From Azolla caroliniana (taxonomy: Eukaryota > Plantae > Polypodiophyta): a DNA stretch of 64,000 bases. Where the stretch lies: NCBI GenBank assembly GCA_043228905.1, contig JBHGNT010000008.1, positions 806,001 through 870,000 of the forward strand, in the 5' to 3' direction. Positions within the stretch are counted from its first letter, which is position 1. Every line of letters begins with the position of its first letter. The notes under the pieces are model-generated. The model was not told the origin of the DNA, did no database searches, and saw only the letters and a program-made list of their open reading frames with translations. Positions 1-14,039 of the stretch are shown one piece after another. The translations under genes and the position numbers were made by a program.

Positions 1-988
1 AAAGGCACATTGGAAGTTGTGGGTGTTGGCTAAAATATCGGTTTTCAGATTAGAATGGGACCCAATGGATTATCAGTGGACAGACCCTTTTACGGGTAAC
101 AAATTTAATTTTTTCCAATATTCTGTACAGTTAGGAAGACATGTGCTTTCAGATATACGAGATGTGACACCGGCTGCTTTTCAATTTTGGAATCAACAAG
201 GTATTACTCCCCAATTCCTGGCAAATTTTTGGGTAGTGTTATGGGCTAGAAAACAGCCACACCAAATATTGCATGTACAGTGGTTGCTTGTACATCGAGC
301 CTTGCCAGTTGGCACATGGCTGCATAGGATGGGAGTAGAGTCTACTTGCGCACGATGTCGTTTACAAATGGAAACTCAAAAACATTGCTTATGGGAATGT
401 ATTGAGTCTCAATTGATATGGCAACGTCTCCTTAGAATTTTTGCTAATTATTTCTCCCCGTTGGTTTTCACTTGGGGTATGGTGGTTTGGACATCTCTTG
501 TCCGTGATGTATTTCATTATGATAACGAATCAATGGACCATGGATTTTGCACTAATTTTGGAAGAGTACATAAAGTACCATTGTTGTCACTACAGTTTAC
601 AGGAATACGAAAGGAAGTCCAACCAGTATGGGAGATATTGAGTAGTACCACTATATATCATATTTGGAAGACTAGGTGCTCTCTTATTTTCCAACAACTG
701 AAAACACCACCGGCCGAATTGGTCTCAAATATTTGGTTAGACATAGTGCATACTTTGAAGGGACAATGGGATGGTATTATTGGTGACTCTGATGCTAAGA
801 TTGCTCAACGGCATGAGTTTATCACTATATGGAAACCTTCTCCATTCATGACAGCCAACTGTGGTACTCCTTATTGGCATTATCAACCTCCGAAATGGTT
901 GTTTCCCCCCCCAATTACATAGAACTTTGAATCTTGTAAAATGACTATACTAATGACAGGATATTTTTTAAATAAAAAAAGAAAAAAC
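1..988 (+). mobile_element. 3' end of an L1-type LINE retrotransposon ORF2 (zf-RVT region) with A-rich tail
   Basis: Open frame 17-922 contains the plant L1 zf-RVT signature (W-x-x-x-HRALPVG...C-x2-C...ETQKHCLWEC...IW...HIWKTRC). An A-rich run follows at ~970-987. The element is truncated by the window start. Confidence 0.85.
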
Positions 989-2088
989 TCTAGAGGCAAG
1001 TTTCAAAAGTTAGACAATTATCCAAGAGCTCCAATGCCCATGGTTGACACTGTATCAACTCCAAGGCTACGAGATGAGTTGTATGTCTTTATTGTAGCTA
1101 TTTGTGATTTTCTCTTACTCAAATGCCCAATCTCCCCACAAGCACGACAACAAGGATGAGGAGTGAGCATGAAAGAAATCTACTCGCTTTACATGTTACA
1201 AATGGTCATCATTTGGGCAAGAGTTTGACATCTAGCATCTAAAACCTATGTTGTAAATGCTATTGCAGATTTGTAATATTAAGGTGGTTAACAATCCTCA
1301 TCGCCGATGCTTTATAACGTTCATTTTATTAACCTTACATGCTTCAATTTTACATTCAATAACAAGAAAGCATTCTCTACTGGCTCCAATTACCATTTCG
1401 ACTTCAAACAACCGAATCTCAACAAATACTTCAAACATAAATGCAATTTTTTTTTGCATTTGTCAAGAACTATGCTTACAAATTAAACAAATTTATAACT
1501 TATAAACACATGTTTGTGAAGGTGTAGTATAGCAGAATGCATGCATGGATTTACTACGTTCACATTCATCAGATATTCATGCAAACAAATATCAATTTGC
1601 TTTATACAACCAACATGCCATTTGCACCACCATTTATCTGAATTTCACCAATGAAAGAAATAGTTGCAAATTCCAAATCTCTATTGAGTGGAATCTTATT
1701 CCTTTGTTTCAAAAGCCTTATAACAGGCCAGTTTACATACATGACTGCATAGTGTTTGTATTGTAGGAAACATGCTTACCCAGTGACAAACTTGTGATAT
1801 GCCAACTGCACAGTGGGGAAATGTCAATAAACCCTAAATTTACTACCTAGACAATTGCAAATAGCAATATTGTAGGGTCAAAGCACGTCTATAGGAACCT
1901 TACAAAGAGTAGGATCCTTGTATTCATGTGGCTTGCTTCACATACATAACATGTTTCATAATCAGATGATGATGACCAAAACAGAGTTTGAAAACATCAT
2001 CTTGAAACACTTTCCCACATCAACATGGGGAATTATAAGTACATAATGCAATACTAATCACAGACGTTGTGCAGTTCTAGGCTCCTCA

Positions 2089-3555
2089 TTAACATTTTTC
2101 ATGATGCAACAAGCCGACATTTGCATCGTCATTTACTTTGGTATTCTCTGATTCATCATCTATAATAGCTGCACATTCCACATCTGTACTGAAGGGAATC
2201 CAGTTCTTTCGCTTCAAAAACCCTAAAGAAGGGTACACTGCAAAACCCAAAAATGCTGCAACAAAAGATATAATGATAACCTTCCACGTTGCAAAGATCA
2301 TCACCAAGAAAAGCAAAATAGTAGGTGGTGTACACATCAACACAACTCCAACAGTACCAAGCGGCATCTTATAAGGCCGTGGTATATCCGGCCGATGTAC
2401 CCTAAGCCAGATGAATGCTGAGAATTCAACCAGCATACCAAAGCAATAAAGATAGTTCTCTGCTGCGATAATCTCTTGGAAGCTTAGTGATGAAAGAAGA
2501 AGCACCCCAGATGCAGAGGCAATAATGCCTAATGTAGGGGTCCCGTGCACTGATCTTGTTGCAAAACATTGTGGCAACATTCCTCTTTCGGCCATCCCAA
2601 GAAGCTGAAAAGAATCACTGCTCATCTCTGCCTCAAACATTCCCATATTAGACAAAGCTGCAGAAGCTTCCATCCACCATCCCAACCACACCCCCCCAAC
2701 AGAGACGGCGATGTCTGCAAAGTATCCATCATTCCATTTACTTCTAACCACATTAAATGCACCTATACCTGCCAGGAGAGGAACCATGTAGCTTCCTACA
2801 ACAAGTATCACTGCAAAGAAGAGTGCCTTGGGCAATGTTTTATGTGGGCTATCCACCTCTCCCACAAGGGTGCTGACCGAATCCCAATAGTTCAGATTCC
2901 AAAATAATGTGTTGAGGTAAGTATTCCAATTAATAGATGCCCAATCAACTATAAACCACCTTGCTGGCTCAATGTGGGGTAGTGATAGTAAAGCCATGAC
3001 ACCAAATGGGAGAAGGGAGAACACACCTAGACCCACAGCTGCCCATCCAACAATAGCAAGACCTCTATAGTTCAAATACGTGAGAGCGCTGGTGATAATT
3101 ATTATGGCAGCAACTCGGACAGGCCCATCTGCTACGGCAGGTATCAAAAACTTGAGATAATCAAGAAACAAAACAGGGTAAAGTGCATTGTCTATCACAC
3201 CACTAAGCCATTTCCACCATCCTTGTTGAAAACCCCAGAAAGGACCAAAAGCTTCTGAAATCCACACAACATAGCCCCCATTTTCTGGGAACATCGTGCC
3301 CATCTCGGCAGTGATTAGAGCTTCTGGAATACTCCAAACCAATGGGAAAATTGCAAAGCCTATAATCGCTAACATGGGTCCTCCTGCTTGAACAGAATCT
3401 TCAATACCAAAGGGTCCTCCCGAGACCTCATAGAATATGAGGAAAACAAGGGGAAGGAGGGATAATTTGGGTGATGTAGACTTCTTATTATGGCTTGGAG
3501 AGGCCGGATATTCACCATCACTATCTGAACTTGTGTTCATGGGGATTGTACCCAT
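2089..3555 (-). CDS. Polyamine uptake transporter / L-type amino-acid transporter (PUT/RMV1/LAT family, APC superfamily); intronless CDS
   Basis: Motifs [52 protein letters not shown] and [22 protein letters not shown], plus multiple hydrophobic helices. The first ATG is at 3555 (the ORF track starts at GTG 3597); stop at 2089. Confidence 0.95.
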   Translation of the reverse strand: MGTIPMNTSSDSDGEYPASPSHNKKSTSPKLSLLPLVFLIFYEVSGGPFGIEDSVQAGGPMLAIIGFAIFPLVWSIPEALITAEMGTMFPENGGYVVWISEAFGPFWGFQQGWWKWLSGVIDNALYPVLFLDYLKFLIPAVADGPVRVAAIIIITSALTYLNYRGLAIVGWAAVGLGVFSLLPFGVMALLSLPHIEPARWFIVDWASINWNTYLNTLFWNLNYWDSVSTLVGEVDSPHKTLPKALFFAVILVVGSYMVPLLAGIGAFNVVRSKWNDGYFADIAVSVGGVWLGWWMEASAALSNMGMFEAEMSSDSFQLLGMAERGMLPQCFATRSVHGTPTLGIIASASGVLLLSSLSFQEIIAAENYLYCFGMLVEFSAFIWLRVHRPDIPRPYKMPLGTVGVVLMCTPPTILLFLVMIFATWKVIIISFVAAFLGFAVYPSLGFLKRKNWIPFSTDVECAAIIDDESENTKVNDDANVGLLHHEKC

Positions 3556-3620
3556 GCTAAGCTTTGAGATAACCCCTCTTTGCCGAAAACTCTTCACCTT
3601 GGCTAACTAGATATGTGCAC

Positions 3621-3622
<2 letters not shown>

Positions 3623-3681
<59 letters not shown>
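3623..3681. repeat. (GT)n microsatellite
   Basis: Pure GT dinucleotide run in the putative 5' intron of the transporter gene. Confidence 0.97.
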
Positions 3682-3684
<3 letters not shown>

Positions 3685-4040
3685 CGGATGGAATGGTCGA
3701 TCTGTTATGCGATCAGGTTACCTTGCCTAACTTGATTACCAGATCAGGCCCTCATTCGCATAGAAATTTTCTATTTGTTTTATGAAGGATCTGAACCAGA
3801 AAGTCAAAACGAGGAATAAAGATATCAGAACAGAGTATCTGAACCGGGAAAACAAAAACAAAACATGGAATTACCCTTACCAGTCAGAGCATGAGTGAGA
3901 GGGAGAGTAACCCAATGAACCATGACAGAGAAGTAGGGTTTCACAGCCACACGCAACAGGTAGATTAGCAGGACAGGAAGCAGGGGAGGGGGTAAAATTG
4001 GCATGCCCAGTTAAGAAAAGCGCAAAAATGAAAGAAAGAG

Positions 4041-4585
4041 TTGTATGTATGTATGTATGTATGTATGTATGTATGTATGTGCGTATGTATGTATGTGTGT
4101 GTGTATGTATGTATTTATGTGTGTATGTATGTATGTATGTATGTATGTGTGTGTGTATGTATGTATTTATGTGTGTATGTATGTATGTATGTATGTATGT
4201 ATGCCTGTATGTATGTGCGTATGTATGTATGTGTGTGTGTGTATGTATGTATTTATGTGTGTATGTATGTATGTATGTATGTGTGTATGCATGTATGTAT
4301 GTGCGTATGTATGTATGTGTGTGTGTGTGTATGTATGTATGTGTGTGTGTATGCATGCATGTATGTGTGTGTGTATGTATGTATGTGTGTGTATGCATGT
4401 ATGTATGTGCGTATGTATGTATGTATGTGCGTATGTATGTATGTGTGTGTATGTATGTATTTATGTGTGTATGTATGTATGTGTGTGTGTAAGTATGTAT
4501 GTATGTGTGTATGCATGCATGTATGTATGTGTGTATGCACGCATGTATGTATGTGTGTATGCATACATATATGATATGCATATGC
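4041..4585. repeat. Long compound (TATG)n/(TG)n microsatellite
   Basis: About 540 bp of interleaved TATG and TG units. It generates the spurious YIHT/VCMY ORFs. Confidence 0.97.
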
Positions 4586-5755
4586 ATCATCTTCATTTAC
4601 TATCTTAGTATCCTACTAACTAACGAAATTGCCCCTCCTCTTCTTTCCTTCATTAATTTTGGAAATTAATTGGCAAAGGGCCAATGCTCCTTACTAGTAT
4701 GTAAGTAGATCTTACACACATCTCTAGTATTGATGTTAAAGAACCCACGTGAGTCCCTCCCGAAAGACAAATAAAAGTGTCTCTATCCTATACACGAGAT
4801 GGAGTCAACATTTGTACGAGAGACAATGTCCAATCACGTGGAACTAGAAACAACGCAAATATACATAATATAAAGTGGGTTTAAACTAAAGTATCCTTGA
4901 GGCTAGAGCCCTCGCTTTTTGGGATACTTTGCTAATCACAAGGTCAACGAGGCATTTAACTTAAGTAGGTTGGAGGCATGTGCACTTTAGTCACACGTCA
5001 TCCTGTGGTGTTCCTCTTATGGGCAGCCTCTTCCCGTCAATTATCCTTTAACATTTGCTCTTGAAGCCCTCTACCCCTAGACTAACCAATGTTGAAGATA
5101 GGGGACAGAACAAGTGTTGTTTTCTTACAGATTTCAACATATGGAAAGGCTTGGTACATTCATGATAATTCCTAACTCTCTAGCTCCAACTTTTCCCAAG
5201 AGAGTATGTAGCAATTTGTAAAAAGCTTATGAGGATTTGGTCATGGCACATTTGGAGACGACCAAAAGAACACACACATGTTCTTAATTGCATAATTGAC
5301 CAAGTATATATTTTTCTTGCTCGATAACCAATAGCATATGCTCAAAAGAGCATATACCATTTATAATTCATCAATGTATCCATTGAGTCTCCATATGCTT
5401 TCATATGCACAATGGATTTAATGACTTTCTCGTTTACGTGTGTGGGGAGGGGGGCTTACTTTACAAAGAAAGATATGAAAGCGAAAGGCGTAATCAATTA
5501 ACATCGGCCGAGTTTGAACAATTCATTAGAATCCATGGGTATCCTAGTCGATAATTCACAACCGATTTACGTGTGCCTCTCTCTTTATCTCTCTCTCTCT
5601 CTCTCCATGTATGTATGTGTGGTGTAACGTGTTTAGCTAGCTAGGCAGGAGGAAAGTACGTTAAAAGGAAAACTTGTTGAGGAAGTGAAGTAAAAATGAT
5701 GAGTAAAAAGCGTGAGTGAGTATGATAGGATAACGTGTGAGATATCGGTCAACAA

Positions 5756-5756
<1 letters not shown>

Positions 5757-5786
<30 letters not shown>

Positions 5787-5801
5787 TGTATGTATGTATG
5801 T
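5757..5801. repeat. (TATG)n microsatellite upstream of the DGK coding region
   Basis: About 11 perfect TATG units. Confidence 0.9.
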
Positions 5802-6479
5802 AGATGCAATACATACATACTGACAACTGAAATGGCCCCCCACCATGTAACATGTTCCCTTCTGTGGGGCTCCTCACATAACAAATGATGCCAATGCGGA
5901 CAGCTCTTCGCAAATTCAGACTCCTTCTATCGTCCTCTTGGTAAACAAACATACATACATACCTCAACCAGTCTGATATTGTCTTCTACCCACCCCAACT
6001 CTCTGTTCATTTCTTGGTAAACAGATTATGTGTGCTACCTTGCATCATATAGATCATTATATATATGTCTTGGTTGATTTGATGAATGCTGATTTCTTAT
6101 TATTAGTTTTTCTGTAATTTGTCTCTTAGTTTCGTGCGTTCGTTTAGATTTGTGGCAGGACATATGTCTCCACATATTTAGATGATGTGATGAATGCCTG
6201 ATGTAAACAATGCCTGCTCTACACTGCTGACAGGAAACGTCTGTGGACATGATGGAAAACTTTTTCATTTCAATTTTTTTCCGTAGCTCAGATCTCCATA
6301 TTGCATGATTTGAAGAATGATGGAAAACTTGTCTTTTATTAGTTATTGACCATTAGCTCAGACCCCATATTAGGTCTTTGCTGTAGCTCATTCCATTTAT
6401 TTGGTCACCACTATATCCGGCACTCTATATATTAATGTTTTAGCATTGTTCACCAAAATTTCTTTTTCGCAGCATCAGA

Positions 6480-9400
6480 ATGGGAGAAACAACAGAGGAA
6501 ATCATTGCAGAGATGAAGATTCCAGATTCTATTTTTTGTGAGATTATGTCAAACGAAGAAAAACCACCAAAATGCCCTGTACTTGTATTTATCAATACAA
6601 AAAGTGGTGGTCAGCTCGGTTCGGAATTGCTGATATCATATCAAGCTGTTCTTTCTGAAAAGCAGGTGACAAAATACTGCTAGGATAGCTTTGAATTGCA
6701 TCAGACAATCTATTAAGGTCCCATTGTATTGTTCATCCATGCTATATGCAAATAAGAATACAAGTTTATGAGTACCACTCTCCAGTTGGAAGATAGGGCT
6801 AGTCTTTGGGTTGCATCCATCTGATGCAAGATTTTAACTTGAGGAATAATATGGGGGCTCTTGCATGTTCATAAGTAGGAACAAGATTTGTCTAAACATT
6901 TTATTGGAACCAGATGATGCTTTGTGCATATGAGTATCAAAGTCCAGTATGAAGATTGGGCCAAAACATCTGATACAAGCATTTTACTGCAAAAATAATT
7001 TGACCTCTTGCACGTTTTTAGGTAGGTAAAAAGATCGGCCTGAAAATCTGCTTTCATCCATATTATGCAAGATTCAAGTAGATAAAAAAGAATCTGTTAG
7101 GCCTTGCTGATCTCATTCCAGTTGTATGATAAAGAGTCCACAATAATAGGGTGTCAAGTGGTTTCTTTCTATTCACAATGTTTGTGTATTGTGAGCAAGT
7201 ACAATGGCCGTTACTGCTGTTGTGTGTCTGAAGCAACTATTTCGATTTCTAGAATTTTGCCTGTATCACGTTCAAAGAGTTTTGAACTACTTCGAAAAAT
7301 TTGGCATATGTAGAAGGGTGAAGATAGAGCATGCTGTAAAAATGATGCAAGAAAAGGTGTATTTCATAGACGATGGGGACCATGGAAACTTGAAAGTGAC
7401 TTGAATTAGGAGTATGAATGTGAGGATGGGATGCAATTCAAAGCTAATATCCAGAGTCCTCTAATATGCACCTTGAATAGGAACATATCAACTAACAATC
7501 TAGGGTCCAAAGTATCACAAGGTGTGGGAGGTATCAAATATGTCTGATTATGGGGTTAAAGTAATAAATGCAAAGTGGCACAGAAAAGAAAAAGTATCCT
7601 CGTGTATTTGTTAACTCAGAATACTGAACTCATAACTTTGAGGATGGGATGGAATTCAAAGCTAATCTCCAGAGTCCTCTAATATGCACCTTGAATAGGA
7701 ACATATCAACTAACAATTCAGGATCCAAGGTATCACAAGGTGTGGGAGGTATCAAATATGTATGCTTGTGGGGTTAAAGTAATAAATTGTGGGTAACACA
7801 GAAAAGAAAAAGTGTCCTTGTGTATTTGTTAATTCAGAATAGTGGAGTCATAACTTTGGGACTTTGTTCTGTTACCTTTTGAATGTAAGGTCTTCAATTT
7901 GAGCGAAGATGAACCAGACATGGCGCTTCACAAATTTTTTAATAGTTTGGAGAAGCTGAAAGGAAACGGAGACCAAATTGCTGAAAGAATTCAGGAGTCA
8001 TTAAGAATTATTGTGAGTCTCTTCCTTGAATCTAATCATTCAGTTTGTACGGTATCTTTCCTAACCATCCACACGGATTGGGCCAACAGGTTTCTTTAAC
8101 ATTAATTTCCCATGAATGTGAATAAATCTGTATATGCAATCCATGTGCACAAAAATTTCAATTTTCTCTTAAGGTTGCTGGTGGAGATGGTACAGCTGGA
8201 TGGCTCTTAGGAGTAATTGGCGACTTGAAGCTTTCCCATCCGCCACCTATTGCAACAGTTCCCCTTGGGACAGGCAACAACTTGCCATTTTCATTTGGAT
8301 GGGTGAGATGCCAGCTGATGTTTTTTGGAGTTTCTTGTATTGCCTCATATCATAAATGTATTAATTAGGAGGGTTTTCTATATTTTGCAGGGTAAAAAGA
8401 ACCCAGACACAGATGTTGAATCCGTTAAAAGATTTCTCTGCCTGGTCTACCACGCAACACCAATGAACATCGACAGGTATGCAAATTTATTGAGTGACTT
8501 CTTACCTGAATGGCAAAGACTCTAAAAGAAATTGCTGAACTACCTGTAGTCTCCTACCATGAAATCCATTACATATCACAATGATTCTCACGTTTCCAGA
8601 TATGTAGACAACCAGTGATGACAAATGAAACACATGAAAAACATCAGGAAGTAAACACAATTAATAAGATATGTTTGACCTGCTTGTTTGAGGTTGATGT
8701 GTAGGCATTTTCTAAATTACAAAGGAATAATGTTGTTTCTGTAGTTGGCATGTTTTTATGAAGATGGAAACTCGAGCTCATCAACTAGAACCAGTGAAAC
8801 TACCTCACTCATTGCATCCTTTTAAAAAAGTATCAGAATCTGATCCTCACCATGAGGTATACATATATATCTTAACCATTTTGCCAATTTCCAAGATTTC
8901 ACCCAAGTAGTCCTTTTTTGTTGGTATTATTATCTCACATGCCATAAATATAAATGCACTAATTCTGTTCTAATATGTAGCTTGGATTGCCCGCAATACC
9001 TGAACATAACCAAGGTGGAAAAGAATAGAGTCATCTGAACTGATATCATTAAATTAGATGTGAAAGAACATGGATTAGTTCCACAATGTCTCTTGGTAAA
9101 GAAGGTTGTTCACTGTAAGGCTCTCTTGTCACACACATCTCTGGATGGATTTATCATCAGGCCTTCTTATATGGATACACATCTATCTCATGCATTTTGT
9201 AGTGTGATAGAGCAGCTCAGTGCCTCTTCACATCAGTTAAAGATTGAGGCAGGCAGATATGCGTGCAAATATATGGAAGAACGGATCTAACAATTGTGCC
9301 ATCAGGGGGTAGAATTAGAGGAATACTATGTTTGTCTGTGCATTGTATTTAATGAAATAATTGGGTGATATCGCTGCCTTTTCAAACAAGGGTTTGTCCA

Positions 9401-12400
9401 TAAAGACCAGTGGTGCGTAGGACTCTTCCTGCTAGACCTCAAGAGACATTGAAGTTGTTGAAGAACAACAATATACCCACAACTCATCCACAAAGAACCA
9501 TCACAACTCTCTAGCTCCATCTCTCACTCTCATTCTACAGGTCATTTAAAAATTACACAAGTAGGGTCTAGATCACAACACGTGAAAGGGATTACATTAT
9601 AGATTGGGTAATTGCAATGACCCTGTCAATTTTGTCGTGGACGAAAAAGGCCACTATCACCTGACAAGATGCTATATAAAGGCAGTTTGTATGTAAATAT
9701 TTGGTCTTACAAAAGTGTGTGGGCATGTGTATATATTGATTGATTAATTGCTGACTAAGCCAGGAGTGCTGCCAATTTGTATGCTTCAGTTTTCAATCAT
9801 GTAGCATCTTTTAACAATTTATTTGCATAATAAACATTGTTTCTTTGCTATCAACTACAGGATGGGACGCAAAATTTCCGAGGTGGATTTTGGAACTACT
9901 TGAGTATAGGTAAATATCTTTCTGTGACTATGAAGTTCACCATGGCCATTGTACTATAGTATATGCAGGTGACTTGGTAGGCAGAGGCATGAGTAGTCAT
10001 CTGGCAACAGTGATTATTGGGTTGATTTGGGGAACCATGAGTCCCCCCTGCCCCCCAATTTTTAAGAATAATAACTGTTGTGCTGCTGCTATTACACATT
10101 TAATTGCGCTAGAAAGTTTGCAGAGAGGGCACATGAAAAGCTAGAAAATCTTTCTGGTTTAGGGAAGGGATGCGAGAGTTGAGAGTCACCCTATTGCAAC
10201 ACGTTCTTGTCAAAGAAATGTGAGCTACTCACATATTTATGAAGAAAACGAAAAAGAAACACATTAGCATCCATTAAGATAAATTTGACATGTAAGATAA
10301 TGAATTGTACTCAGAGCTATTAAAAAACAGTAGTGTTATGGTTTCAAGATGAAACGTTCTTACAGCATATATATTATATGGGTATTCCAGAGAAATATGA
10401 ACTTTTACATTAATAGTTATGTTTTGTGGTGTTGACAGGAATGGATGCAGAGGTTTCCTATGAGTTTCATCGGAAACGGCAAGAGCATCCCGAATTATTC
10501 AAAAATCAGTTTGCAAATCAGGTCTGAGATTGATTAACATTAGAGCATCTATGTGCAGCAGGATATTTGTTGGTTATTCATGATTGAAGGATAATGCAGG
10601 GAAGATATGCACTCATTGGTGTTACACAGGGCTGGTTTTTGGCCAATATTATGCGTCCTACATCAATGTAAGACATTTGATAATATCCAGTTTTGGATTC
10701 TGATAAATCATAAATTAGGTCTAAGATAGGTAAAACACACATATGATAAGGAAACACACTACCACATCAGGTTGTATTCAGAATGCATGTGAAGTATTTT
10801 ACTGTATGTACCTTACAATGTGAGTCATGTGCCATCTTTTCTCCTTATAAAGAAATCTGATTATTGAAGCCAGAGTATTCTTACATGTAACAGGGACATC
10901 AACCAAATAGCAAATATCTATATTCAAGGCAAAAATGAAAGAGTCTGGCATGAATTACATATCCCTAAAAGGTATACTGCAATAGAGCTCTTATGGTTTT
11001 TCTGTAAGTGTTCTGCTTCTTGAATCACTTTATGTCTTGTTTGGATCAGGATAAGGTCCATTGTAATGCTGAACCTGCCTAGTTTTTCTGGGGGTTTGAA
11101 TCCATGGGGAACTCCTAGAGTTAGGAAGTTTTGGAGGAAACATACACAGGTTTTCTCTTCATTGATGATTTCCAGTATATTTACTTAGATCAACGTGAGA
11201 ACAGTCTCCTTTAAAGGGCAATCAATAGGAAGTCTGCATGCGATCATCTCGTTTATAACTAACAACAAAGATTAATGAAGATGCTTGAAATGAATATCGT
11301 TTAGTCCCGTGCTTACTAATATAACCTCGTTTTCATACTGAAGGACCTGACTCCTGCCTATGTAAATGATGGATACATTGAACTTGTTGGGTTTCACGAT
11401 GGATGGCATGGACTTGCACTTTTGACACCTAATGGCCATGGTACACGACTTGCTCAGGTATATGTCAATTTCACCTCATAAAATCTTGAGAACGTATTGC
11501 AAAAAACATGAGTATACAGAGTTTTGATAATATGGCCAGGAATGAAGAGAATTTATTTGTGACTATCTTCTGGTTTATATCTTTGAAGGTAACTAAATGT
11601 CAGTTGACACCTCATAAACTCTTGAAAAGGTATTGCAACAAGCATGAGGATACAAAGTCTTGATAATGTGGCTAAGAGTGAAGAGAATTAGATGCACAAA
11701 AATGCGTTGCCCTTATTAGTGATTGTCTTCTGGTTTATATCTTTGAATGAAACTAAATAGGGTAAGGATATCACGTGAGTAATATGGAAATTGTATTTAT
11801 TAAGAGGGATTGGTAATACCAAAATTGCATGACAATTCACATGATAACCTGACACATAATCCGTTATCCATAAAACCAAGAGTATATTATCAGGAATGTA
11901 GAGGGTTTTTGGTGCTTAGATATACGGGCCCATCCTAATAGATTCTTATTGGCTTGTATCATTTGGAGTTGGATGAGTCCTGGTCAGTGATCTAGAAATT
12001 CTGAACTTATAGTTCAGCATGTTTTGTTTCCTTTATACCAGAGCTTTGTAAGGTCATTATGCTCACCATACCTTGTTTATGTGCCTGGTGCGTGCCTTTA
12101 TTTGATGCTTAGGACCGATATTTTCTCTTTTGTTGGGAAATTTTATGGTCACATTTATTTATCCCCAGCTTCCAGGAAGCCATCATCATGGTCAAGGCAT
12201 TTTAACCTTCCAGGAAGCCAATTCTTCTTGCACATTGGAGGATCCAGGCCAATGAAGTCACTTTAGAGTGGTTGTTTCCTCAGATTTGGTAGAAATTTGG
12301 CTCATTGGTTTTTTCAGAAGCATGCACATCTGTATATGTATACATCTATTCACGCACTGAGTGATGAGAGTTGGAATGGCGACTTTTTTATCTAGGCTAT

Positions 12401-12967
12401 GCATGAGCCTGCAGTTCTTGTGCTTGGAAGTTCCAAGTTGGAACACTAAATGTTTATATTGCATTCTTAGCTAAACCCTAAACCTTGTTTCTTATTGATA
12501 AGATTTTATATTTGCATATGGGGACATTGCCATACTGCTTGAAACATGTATCTTTAGTGATATACTAAGAATACTTTATATCAGGATTTATAGTTATTTC
12601 CCTCTTCACATCATGTCAGGCTCACAAGGTCAGGATAGAATTTAACCAGAAAGCTGGAGAGAAGACTTACATGAGGCTGGATGGAGAGCCCTGGCTACAG
12701 CCATTACCTTCTGATGAATCGAAAACAATAGTTGAAATCAGACCATTAAGGCAGGCTGTGATGCTTACAACTGGTGATTGCACTGCAAAGTGCATTGAAC
12801 ATGTGGCAGGTAATGTAGAGACAAATTCAGTTTCCCTTGGTACTCCTGCTTCAAATATTTCCTGTTCACCTACTGCTGTAGACCCAATAGACTCAGGTGA
12901 TGAGGAATCAGACACCGAAGGCAGTGGACATAAATTTGGTGCTGCCTCAACCTTCAAACTCACATGA
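6480..12967 (+). CDS. Diacylglycerol kinase, DGK5/6-type (no C1 domains), 12 coding exons
   Basis: Exons with in-phase GT-AG junctions: 6480-6665, 7890-8012, 8174-8302, 8391-8476, 8745-8856, 9861-9909, 10439-10521, 10600-10667, 10894-10971, 11050-11149, 11344-11457, 12620-12967. Motifs [77 protein letters not shown] and C-terminal KFGAASTFK. Confidence 0.95.
7420..7858. repeat. Intronic tandem duplication, two ~217-bp copies
   Basis: 'gaggatgggatg.aattcaaagctaat.tccagagtcctctaatatgcaccttgaataggaacatatcaac...' occurs at ~7422 and ~7640 in DGK intron 1. Confidence 0.9.
9120..9480 (+). mobile_element. Degenerate LINE (RTE-like) 3' fragment in a DGK intron
   Basis: Translates to [12 protein letters not shown]...[21 protein letters not shown], resembling the C-terminal Zn-knuckle region of non-LTR ORF2. 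It is interrupted by stops. Confidence 0.6.
11460..11760. repeat. Intronic diverged tandem duplication (~135-160 bp unit)
   Basis: 'atgtca.tt..cacctcataaa.tcttga.aa.gtattgcaa.aa.catgag.ataca.agt.ttgataat.tggc...gaagagaatt...tcttctggtttatatctttgaa' is present twice. Confidence 0.85.
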
Positions 12968-14039
12968 CTTGTAAATTAAAACTGTATGCCATACATCATT
13001 GCTAAAATTGTTTTCTTTCAACTCTGTTTTATCATACACATGATTGACCAGAATCTGGATATTCAGTATTTTTTGTGAATAAAAAGCATGTGACATGAAT
13101 TCAGAAATGAGAATCTCTGATCATCATGAGAACTGCCATGCTAAGTGTATAATATTTATGCTACAAATCTGTGTTCAGATGAAATACCTAAGAAAGTCTT
13201 GCATCAAGTTGTATGGAGCTATATCATCTCTATTAAAAGAAAAACATTAGCACCCACTGCATTTAAATGAAACCCTTGTTGGGAGTCTGGAGGACTGCAA
13301 TCTATGATCCGATATTATTGACAAGCTCTCTTGTTGTGAGGAGAAAGATTGGAAACTTAAAGTGATGCAAACATAAACCAAACCAAGGGATGTGTGACTG
13401 ACCATCTCAGTCAGTAGCATTACAACCATAACCGGATATATGGTCCGTCACTTTAACATGCTATTGTTAAGTATATGCACATCAAGGGTTTTGCAAACAA
13501 AGCTTATGCACAGGACTCATATGAATGTGATTGGGCATTTATAAATATTGATGTCGGGTTGTACATAACTAGCAACCTTTCTTATCTTACATGTTATGTT
13601 GTACGTACTTGGAATATTATTAAACTGAAGCTGGCAGAGGAAAACCATAATGTTATACTCTTTAGACCAGAATAAGCTCATTCTACATTTCGCATTAACA
13701 TAGGAAGGTGTCTGTTTCTTAAAACTTGTTTCACGTGCAGGCATGCAAACAACCATTAAGTAGTGCAATAACAACGTCTCTTTCACTCTCTCATTAGAAA
13801 CAAATCTCCACCTTCCTTTTAGTAAAACAAATTTGGATAGCTGACTACGTGTCGTAGTAAATTTAGTAAATATGCCACCATATTGTTTGCATGATGTACG
13901 TGCATACTTGAAGGTTCAACCTTTAGCATTATCTATTTGATAAAGTCATAGTTCTTAGCCATGTTCTAATTCGCCTTTTTATATGATGAAATGTTGTTGG
14001 GTTTGTTGGCTTCAACTCCACTAATTGGCATTGGCAAGA

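Noticed and set aside
3877-4608. Five long ORFs (YIHT / VCMY repeats)
   Set aside because: They are translations of the TATG/TG microsatellite, open in many frames on both strands only because the repeat lacks stop codons.
5749-5965. Apparent fold-back upstream of DGK
   Set aside because: Pairing comes only from (TATG)n versus (CATA)n microsatellites; there is no unique-sequence stem.
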